Positions 24,891 to 30,237 of a stretch of 30,237 bases of DNA are shown piece after piece. The position numbers and the translations under genes were made by a program. Position 1 is the first letter of the stretch. Every line of letters starts with the position of its first letter. The DNA comes from a virus (Duplodnaviria; Heunggongvirae; Uroviricota; Caudoviricetes). The notes beneath the pieces are model-generated. The model was not told the DNA's origin, searched no databases, and worked only from the letters and a program-made list of their open reading frames with translations. The stretch spans positions 73,632 through 103,868 of the IMG/VR virus record IMGVR_UViG_3300044680_000064; one strand, written 5' to 3'.

Positions 24891-25160
24891 TTAACCTCCA
24901 GTGAGTTCTCGCGTATGAAACACGACGTCCGGCTCCCAGTACACGCGGAAGCGTTTCACGGTCCCATCGGGAATCCTGACACTGACGTTGAGACCGCTGG
25001 CCTCTCCCATCTCGCCAGCGGATTCGTTGTACAGCCGTTTGGTGTACTCTTCGGCGGCATCGTCCGAGAAGTATGCCAGGACCATCTTCGGTTCGCGTTT
25101 GCTGTGGTGCTCGCCGCTATCGTCCCAAACCAAGAATCTGATTTTGCCGTTGTTGCTCAT
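24891..25160 (-). CDS. Hypothetical phage protein (89 aa)
   Basis: GAGAGG RBS before ATG 25160, which overlaps the upstream stop. Confidence 0.65.
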   Translation of the reverse strand: MSNNGKIRFLVWDDSGEHHSKREPKMVLAYFSDDAAEEYTKRLYNESAGEMGEASGLNVSVRIPDGTVKRFRVYWEPDVVFHTRELTGG

Positions 25161-25387
25161 GCCAACCAATCCTCTCTGTCGTCTCGCGACGAAATTGCGG
25201 ACGCGATGCTCAGTCCAGCCAGCGCCAGACCGACAGCGGCCACGGCGATCACGCATAGGCTGCCGGCGATCGTGTAGGCGACGCTCTTCGTCTCCTGCGG
25301 ATTAAGGCCGTAGTTCCTCTGGAAATTGAATGTCGAGCGCGGCACGCCGAGCACGTCGGCAAGCCTTGCAATCTGCTCCGTGTCCAT
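25157..25387 (-). CDS. Small membrane protein
   Basis: GGAGG RBS; one long hydrophobic segment VAYTIAGSLCVIAVAAVGLALAGLSIASAI. Confidence 0.65.
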   Translation of the reverse strand: MDTEQIARLADVLGVPRSTFNFQRNYGLNPQETKSVAYTIAGSLCVIAVAAVGLALAGLSIASAISSRDDREDWLA

Positions 25388-25412
25388 GCGATACCTCCGT
25401 TAGATGATGCTG

Positions 25413-26372
25413 TCATTTTACGATACGGACCAGCTGACAATTCACGCCGGTTCGATTAAATGTGTCGATTGTGTCAAAAGCCTTGGATGGCAGAGGAAAA
25501 CTATCGTAGTTCACGGTCGCCAGCCATGCTTGCGTATCCGCTGGAATCGCACCTCCCGGCACGACCGAGACGAGAATCCCGCCCGGCGCGAGCATCTGAT
25601 AAGCGTGTTCGACGTGCCGCCACGCCTGACGGCGCTCGAACGGCGGATTCATAACGATACGGTCGAAAGGCGTCGTGAATGTCGCCTCAAGAAAGTCGCC
25701 ACGATAAACGTCATAGCCCTTCATTGCGAGAATGTCGATCAGAGAATAGCGGAGCTCGCAGAGCGCCATTTGCGACGGCTTGCACTTCTCCATGATCGCG
25801 TCTGCGATTGAGCCGATTCCAGCTGACGGCTCGAGGATTTTCAGGCCGTCATGCAAGTCAGCCAAATTGAGGAGCTGTTCGATAACGGCAGGCGGTGACG
25901 GGTAGAACCCCTCAATTGCTTGGCCGCGCAGAGCCGTGATCGCACGTTCCAAGTTCTGCTTGGCCACGCGCTCGGCGTCCGCCGCCTTCGCTTCGTCGTC
26001 CTTGGAAGATTCCACGAGTGCCCGAAGCGCCTTGGCCATATCGCATTGGTCGGCCGGCTCGTGAGTATCGTGGTGATCGTAATAGCCGTTCGAGCCGTTT
26101 TTGGTGCGTACCATCTGCAAGATGACAGACGTGCGCGGTTTCATGGCAGATAGAATCGCCGGCACCGTGCCGGCCCGGTGAGCCGCCGCAAGCGCCCGCA
26201 TTGCGGCTTGAGCTCGCCGCAAGTTCTCGCCATCGTGGCAACGAGAGCTATACTCGCAGCCGCGCTTTGGCGTCCAGCCATGAGTAAGCGGGCGTGTTTT
26301 CTCGTCGATCTTCGCTTGCAGGCTGTCGGCCACTTCGTCGAACTTGTCGGCGATGGTGTTGGTCGTGGTCAT
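25413..26372 (-). CDS. Class I SAM-dependent N6-adenine-type methyltransferase (motif I before NPPF)
   Basis: FYPSP, ILEPSAGIG, GDFL, IVMNPPF and LAPGG; GAGG RBS before ATG 26372; helical N-terminal extension. Confidence 0.85.
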   Translation of the reverse strand: MTTTNTIADKFDEVADSLQAKIDEKTRPLTHGWTPKRGCEYSSRCHDGENLRRAQAAMRALAAAHRAGTVPAILSAMKPRTSVILQMVRTKNGSNGYYDHHDTHEPADQCDMAKALRALVESSKDDEAKAADAERVAKQNLERAITALRGQAIEGFYPSPPAVIEQLLNLADLHDGLKILEPSAGIGSIADAIMEKCKPSQMALCELRYSLIDILAMKGYDVYRGDFLEATFTTPFDRIVMNPPFERRQAWRHVEHAYQMLAPGGILVSVVPGGAIPADTQAWLATVNYDSFPLPSKAFDTIDTFNRTGVNCQLVRIVK

Positions 26373-26374
26373 CA

Positions 26375-26815
26375 CTATTTCACCTCTTTCGTTTTGCGTA
26401 CAAAACGCTGCTTGTCGGCATCCCATTTCGCCTCTTCGTAGAGCCGGTTCAAGTCAGGTCCAGCGCCAGGATCATCTTTCTCGCATCGTTGCCAGCCGAT
26501 CACGCCCGGAATCATGCGCGAGTACCAGCCGAATTCGATGCACTCGGCCTCGCCGGGCCAAACGCCAGTCCAAAGCATGCGACGGCATCCCCACTCTTCG
26601 TCCCACTTATCAAACATCGTTACGGTTGGTCCATTGTGGTAGATATCCCGATAATCGCGCTCCAAAGTTGCCGGATTCATACCGTTGACTTCATAGATGC
26701 AGTTGCAGCTAAGCAACTGACCGCCGCATCGCGGACATCGCTCTACATCGCAACCCGAATCGTGCAGTTCGCCTTGCTTCGCGCCGCAATCGGGGCAGAG
26801 ATTATCTCGGTTCAT
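26375..26815 (-). CDS. Cys-rich zinc-binding hypothetical protein
   Basis: GGAG RBS before ATG 26815; CPDC...H..GCD.E.CPRCGGQLLSC.C and WTG.WPG..EC. Confidence 0.75.
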   Translation of the reverse strand: MNRDNLCPDCGAKQGELHDSGCDVERCPRCGGQLLSCNCIYEVNGMNPATLERDYRDIYHNGPTVTMFDKWDEEWGCRRMLWTGVWPGEAECIEFGWYSRMIPGVIGWQRCEKDDPGAGPDLNRLYEEAKWDADKQRFVRKTKEVK

Positions 26816-26827
26816 GCTCGTTCTCCG

Positions 26828-26872
26828 GAAATAAAAAAGGCGGCGCCACAAGCACGCCGCCACGGGGGAAGA
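26828..26872 (-). terminator. Hairpin + U-tract element, copy 1 of an intergenic direct repeat
   Basis: TCTTCCCCCGTGGCGGCG-TGCTTGTGG-CGCCGCC-TTTTTTATTTC, starting right after the stop codon at 26873. Confidence 0.7.
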
Positions 26873-27256
26873 TTAAGCCACCTCGCATGGAGTAAGCCAC
26901 AGGGCAGCATCGTCAAGTTCAATTTCTTCTTTGGCGGCGACATACTTGGAGAACTTGTCCCACAGTTTTTTCGCCGCCTTGATCTCCGTTTCGAACTCGA
27001 CTTTGATGTCATCGAGCTTCATTGACTTTTCCAGCAGATAAGCGGCACCATCCTCACCGCTTCCGCCCACAGCGACCCAGACACCGAGAAGATCACCGTC
27101 TATTTCCCAGCGAACTTGCAACTGCTCTCGTCCGTGGGTGAAGTTGACAGACTTTTCAAAACGACAAATGAGATCATAGAGCGGCTCGTCGCTGTCCGTC
27201 GTCGGCAGCTTCGGCGGCTTGCAGCCGTACATGAGGCCAATAGCTTGCTGTCCCAT
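26873..27256 (-). CDS. Hypothetical acidic protein
   Basis: AGGAG RBS; 127 aa; flanked by the direct repeats. Confidence 0.75.
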   Translation of the reverse strand: MGQQAIGLMYGCKPPKLPTTDSDEPLYDLICRFEKSVNFTHGREQLQVRWEIDGDLLGVWVAVGGSGEDGAAYLLEKSMKLDDIKVEFETEIKAAKKLWDKFSKYVAAKEEIELDDAALWLTPCEVA

Positions 27257-27282
27257 TTGATTGCTCCTAATGGTTAGTCACA

Positions 27283-27325
27283 GAAATAAAATGAGCGGCC
27301 AGCGAGCAGCCGCCACGGGGGAAGA
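27283..27325 (-). repeat. Intergenic direct repeat, copy 2 (weaker hairpin)
   Basis: 17-bp exact match TCTTCCCCCGTGGCGGC (27325-27309 vs 26872-26856), plus shared TGCT, GCCGC and TTTTATTTC. Confidence 0.8.
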
Positions 27326-27328
27326 CAA

Positions 27329-27694
27329 TCACAGATTCTTTGGGTCGATAGCGACCTTCCAGCCAAAGACTTTCGACCGATGCCGTCGCGGCAACGCGTC
27401 CCTCATGCCGCGTTCGACATGGTAATCGCTGCGAAGTTCCTTGGATACCGCCATTCCAAGTCGAATCCACTCGCCATCGACGCGAACGTAATACGACCAA
27501 GCGTACCACGTTCCACCGCTGCAAATCTTGCGGATATACTCGATATGCTTTTCGAGCATACCAATTGTTCCAAACTCGCTCGGCTTATCGTCCGGATCAA
27601 TGGCAAATTCATCTCGCTTGGGAGTGCTGCTCCAGCCGAATCCGAGCCGAGTCCGTGTCGTTATCTCGATCTTCTTGTCGTCAGTGGCCAGCAT
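27329..27694 (-). CDS. Hypothetical protein
   Basis: AAGGAG RBS; 121 aa. Confidence 0.7.
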   Translation of the reverse strand: MLATDDKKIEITTRTRLGFGWSSTPKRDEFAIDPDDKPSEFGTIGMLEKHIEYIRKICSGGTWYAWSYYVRVDGEWIRLGMAVSKELRSDYHVERGMRDALPRRHRSKVFGWKVAIDPKNL

Positions 27695-27707
27695 GGTCAG
27701 TCTCCTT

Positions 27708-28682
27708 TCAGACGCAAACGCTCTCGCCTTCGGTCGGCGCGGTCACGGTATAAGAGCCGGTCAGCGGTTCGCCTGGGGCTTCCGGGTTAAGGTCCGATTC
27801 CGTCGCCGGGCTGTCGTCTTCGGGTACGTCCTTCAGACGATTCGCCGGTACTTCGTGCTTCGGCATGCTGTCTTTGGCCTTCCGCCATTCCGGCATTGGC
27901 ACTCCACCACCGGAGAGCGGCATGATTAAGCCGGTGAATATTTGCGCCGTCTGAAGGTTGCTCGACTCGACGTAGATAGGCGATTCGATCTGGAACGGCT
28001 TGTGCTCGACGACCTTGGGCGCCGGCAGTTCGGGATTGTCGATATGTGCCTGCCACTCGGCTTTCGCCGTCTCGAGTTCGTCGGCCTGCTTTTGCATGTA
28101 TTCGCTGAACGCCAAGTTCTTGGCATGCAGACGGACGCGAACGTATCGGCAATCTTCGCTGGCGTACTGCTTCGCCGTTTGCAGCATCTTTATCATCGCA
28201 TCCGGGTCGATGAAGAATTCGACCAAGGCATTGTTCTTCGGAAGCACTTCCTTGTAGGGCGGATAGCGCCCTTCGATGTGCCGAGACGACGATACCGGAG
28301 ATGAATCCAAATCCGTGCAGCCAAGAGTGATCTCCGTCTCGCTTGTCTTGACCGCGACCGAAGCGAGGATCGGCTTTCCATTGCCACGCCCGTATCGCCT
28401 CGTCAGTTTCGCCGCGGCTTTCATCGTATCTTGCCAGAACTTGAGCGGAACCAGTGCGGCAGACGAGCCGTTCGGCGCGTTCGTCATCGCCGGAATTTCC
28501 GGGTATTCCTTATCGTCGCCGACATAGCAGCCTTCGACGATTCCGATCATTTTGCTGTCGGTCGCGATGGCGCGGTAGGTAGTATCGTCGAGCTCAAGTT
28601 TGATGCAATTCATCGAGAACTTTGTTGACTCGGATGCGGCCAGGTTGCCGATGGCAGCGAGATTGGTCGGTAACAGTTTCAC
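27708..28682 (-). CDS. DNA polymerase III beta-clamp-like protein, domains II-III only
   Basis: GTG 28682 with GGGGAG RBS. AIATDSKMI corresponds to VATDGHRL, IEGRYPPYKEVLP to IEGxFPDYxxVIP, and GLIMPL to the C-terminal xLMP. Confidence 0.75.
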   Translation of the reverse strand: MKLLPTNLAAIGNLAASESTKFSMNCIKLELDDTTYRAIATDSKMIGIVEGCYVGDDKEYPEIPAMTNAPNGSSAALVPLKFWQDTMKAAAKLTRRYGRGNGKPILASVAVKTSETEITLGCTDLDSSPVSSSRHIEGRYPPYKEVLPKNNALVEFFIDPDAMIKMLQTAKQYASEDCRYVRVRLHAKNLAFSEYMQKQADELETAKAEWQAHIDNPELPAPKVVEHKPFQIESPIYVESSNLQTAQIFTGLIMPLSGGGVPMPEWRKAKDSMPKHEVPANRLKDVPEDDSPATESDLNPEAPGEPLTGSYTVTAPTEGESVCV

Positions 28683-28767
28683 GGATATACTCCCCTGTAA
28701 GTGTGAGACAGAACGGACAGTTGAGACAAGGTACTGCGGACTATTGCTTGTCGGTTTCCTCCTTGTT

Positions 28768-29439
28768 TCACCGCTGTTGAATGGTTGCCGGTACTTGACA
28801 CGCCTCGGACGTTTGAACGATTGAGTTCGGGTCAACAGCTATACCCAACTGCTCGCGACAGGAATGACAGCCCGAGCCGGAAAAGCCTGCCGTTGAAACT
28901 TGACCGCCGCGAGTGATGGTCAAAATTCCGCCTTCTGGATGATGCACGAGTAGGTCGCCGTTCTCGGCGCGCTCCGTGAGCCAGCCGAGATTGCGAGCTG
29001 TTTGCTCGGTCATTACGTCTGCGTACTCGACTTTGAGCTTGTCGATTTGCGTTATGTCGGTCCACGTTGATCCATAGTTGTCGTAGATCAACTTGCCATC
29101 GACGCGAGCTACTAATTCGTGAAACGAGTACGTCTTGCCATTGACGGTGTGGTGACCATTCGCAGTCGGCACGCGAAATCCAAAACCTTCTTGCGTTGAG
29201 TCGCCGAGATCGTAAGTTCCCCATCCGTAGAAAATGCCGCCGATGTTCTCGACCGCCGTTTTGAGGCAGTCGCCATCGCGAAAATCTATGGCCAATTCTG
29301 CTGAGTGACTGTGGACGCGAGTCCTGCCGATCTTCGCCAGCAATGGCATAAATCGGCAAAGATACAGTCCGCCGATCTTCTGCTCGTGAGCCGGACAGGT
29401 GCGGTCGCAGTCAAAGCCAGCCATTTGAAGTTCACGCAT
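28768..29439 (-). CDS. DUF1257-like domain fused to DUF2997-like domain
   Basis: GGAG RBS before ATG 29439. SH...I.FRD..CL..AV, LIYDNYG..W...IDKL.VEYA, then a C-terminal TITRGGQVSTAGFSGSGC...EQLG segment. Confidence 0.6.
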   Translation of the reverse strand: MRELQMAGFDCDRTCPAHEQKIGGLYLCRFMPLLAKIGRTRVHSHSAELAIDFRDGDCLKTAVENIGGIFYGWGTYDLGDSTQEGFGFRVPTANGHHTVNGKTYSFHELVARVDGKLIYDNYGSTWTDITQIDKLKVEYADVMTEQTARNLGWLTERAENGDLLVHHPEGGILTITRGGQVSTAGFSGSGCHSCREQLGIAVDPNSIVQTSEACQVPATIQQR

Positions 29440-29441
29440 GG

Positions 29442-29705
29442 TCAATCTCCAATCCGGCGCATGCCGCCGCACGGGTAACGCTTCTCGATCTCGTTTATGT
29501 GCCACTTCTGAATGTCGATAAACTTTTGCTGTATGGAAGCTATCTCGACGAGATGGTGCATCTGTTCGGCCGATCGCGCATTGACTTCGCTTTGCAGCTT
29601 CAAAGCGTTCTGCATGTCGTCGATTCGACGTTGCTGTCCGACAATGCAATTACCTTGCACGATAGCAGCGACGCATACGACAGCCAAAAGGATATTCTTC
29701 CACAT
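29442..29705 (-). CDS. Membrane-anchored coiled-coil small protein
   Basis: GAGG RBS; N-terminal hydrophobic ILLAVVCVAAIV followed by a heptad-like region. Confidence 0.7.
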   Translation of the reverse strand: MWKNILLAVVCVAAIVQGNCIVGQQRRIDDMQNALKLQSEVNARSAEQMHHLVEIASIQQKFIDIQKWHINEIEKRYPCGGMRRIGD

Positions 29706-29723
29706 GGTAGACCTCTTGAGTTA

Positions 29724-29757
29724 GAAAACGCGCGACCGGCCATCCTAGCCGGTCGCG
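29724..29757 (-). terminator. Rho-independent terminator-like hairpin
   Basis: Perfect 10-bp stem CGCGACCGGC/GCCGGTCGCG with a 7-nt loop, followed by CGTTTTCT on the minus strand. Confidence 0.65.
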
Positions 29758-29777
29758 GCTATCAGGGGAGACAGCAC

Positions 29778-30237
29778 TCACTTTGACTTTTTCTTCGTTT
29801 TCGTCTTTTTCTCCATCGCCGCTTCTTCGGCCGCTCGCTCGCGAATGTAAGCCATCGCGAGTTCTTGTCGTATATTGCCGAAGTTTTGCGGCTGCACATC
29901 GGGTCTGTTCTTGAGATGAATAAGTCTCGCCGCGATGGGGAAGCCGTATTTTTGTCGCAGCTTATAGCCGACGCCATCGGCCATGTTGACTAAATGACCA
30001 GCAGTACACATGGGCGTCTTGCATAGATTTGTTTCCGGATCACAATCCGGACCATAGGTTGATTGGTTGTGAATCCTTTCTTTGGCTTCGATGGCATGCA
30101 AGAGTTTGGTGTAGAGCATCGGAATAATTGGGATGGAGTCCCATTCCTTTTGATATTCTTCCAAGTCGCTCGGCGTCCACCCGGCAGCGCGAAAGTCGCT
30201 CGGCGTCAACCCGGCAGCGCGAAAGTCGCTCGGCGTC
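29778..30237 (-). CDS. Repeat-containing protein (5' end outside window) with C-terminal C-x4-C-x-AGH domain
   Basis: The frame stays open to the window edge; (L/W)TPSDFRAAG repeats, then CKTPMCTAGH...AARLI...RP, and a Lys-rich tail. Confidence 0.75.
   Translation of the reverse strand, partial: TPSDFRAAGLTPSDFRAAGWTPSDLEEYQKEWDSIPIIPMLYTKLLHAIEAKERIHNQSTYGPDCDPETNLCKTPMCTAGHLVNMADGVGYKLRQKYGFPIAARLIHLKNRPDVQPQNFGNIRQELAMAYIRERAAEEAAMEKKTKTKKKSK
30163..30237. repeat. 30-bp tandem repeat, 2.5 copies visible
   Basis: aagtcgctcggcgtc(c/a)acccggcagcgcga units at 30163, 30193 and 30223, with one mismatch between units. Confidence 0.95.

Larger units (their letters stand above)
1..30237. mobile_element. 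Tailed phage / prophage genome segment (late arm on +, early arm on -)
   Basis: Tightly packed, translationally coupled ORFs in two convergent arms. Phage-typical genes include Bet, RusA-like, Gp37/Gp68, EndoVII HNH, orphan DNA MTases, a tape-measure-like protein and a fibre. No host housekeeping operon is present. Confidence 0.93.

Noticed and set aside
28683-28767. Strong SD (AAGGAGG) and repeated TGTCTC in this gap
   Set aside because: No start codon follows the SD, and 6-mers recur by chance; the best promoter match (TTGTCT-18-CACACT) is weak.
28683-28835. 51-codon N-terminal extension of the clamp-like ORF
   Set aside because: It overlaps the upstream gene and looks non-globular; GTG 28682 has a good RBS.
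30163-30237. 30-bp repeats as a CRISPR array
   Set aside because: The units are contiguous without spacers and in frame within a CDS.
1-30237. Stop-codon reassignment
   Set aside because: Long genes with intact motifs end in all three stop codons with tight coupling, so code 11 explains the coding density.

Overview
A 30 kb segment of a tailed phage or prophage, read with the standard code (TAA, TAG and TGA all act as stops). There are two convergent arms meeting at about 16.5 kb. The + arm (1-16556) is late/morphogenesis: an anthrax-lethal-factor-like HExxH peptidase with a glycine zipper, a short tape-measure-like protein, tail proteins (one very Cys-rich), and an unusually dense carbohydrate block. 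That block holds a two-domain glycosyltransferase, a LMW tyrosine-phosphatase-like protein, a LamG + GH43-like propeller protein, a 962-aa Ser/Thr/Gly/Asn repeat fibre, a GT2 and a SAM methyltransferase, interrupted by an EndoVII-type HNH gene. It is followed by two tandem paralogues and a KTSC protein. The - arm (16516-30237) is early/recombination: RusA-like resolvase, two orphan DNA amino-methyltransferases, a sigma-70-type factor, Bet, a Cas4-like nuclease, an SMC/Rad50-like ATPase with a natural EQ Walker B, a Gp37/Gp68 (DUF5131) protein, a two-domain beta-clamp-like protein, a DUF1257-DUF2997-like fusion and small ORFs. Non-coding signals include a 133-nt intergenic element with three helices in pseudoknot topology, about 45-bp direct repeats flanking a single gene, a sigma-70-type promoter and a 30-bp coding tandem repeat at the window edge. 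All family calls come from motif recognition by eye, not database searches. A Planctomycetota-like host is only a guess. No tRNA, rRNA, CRISPR array, integrase, capsid or lysin was recognised.
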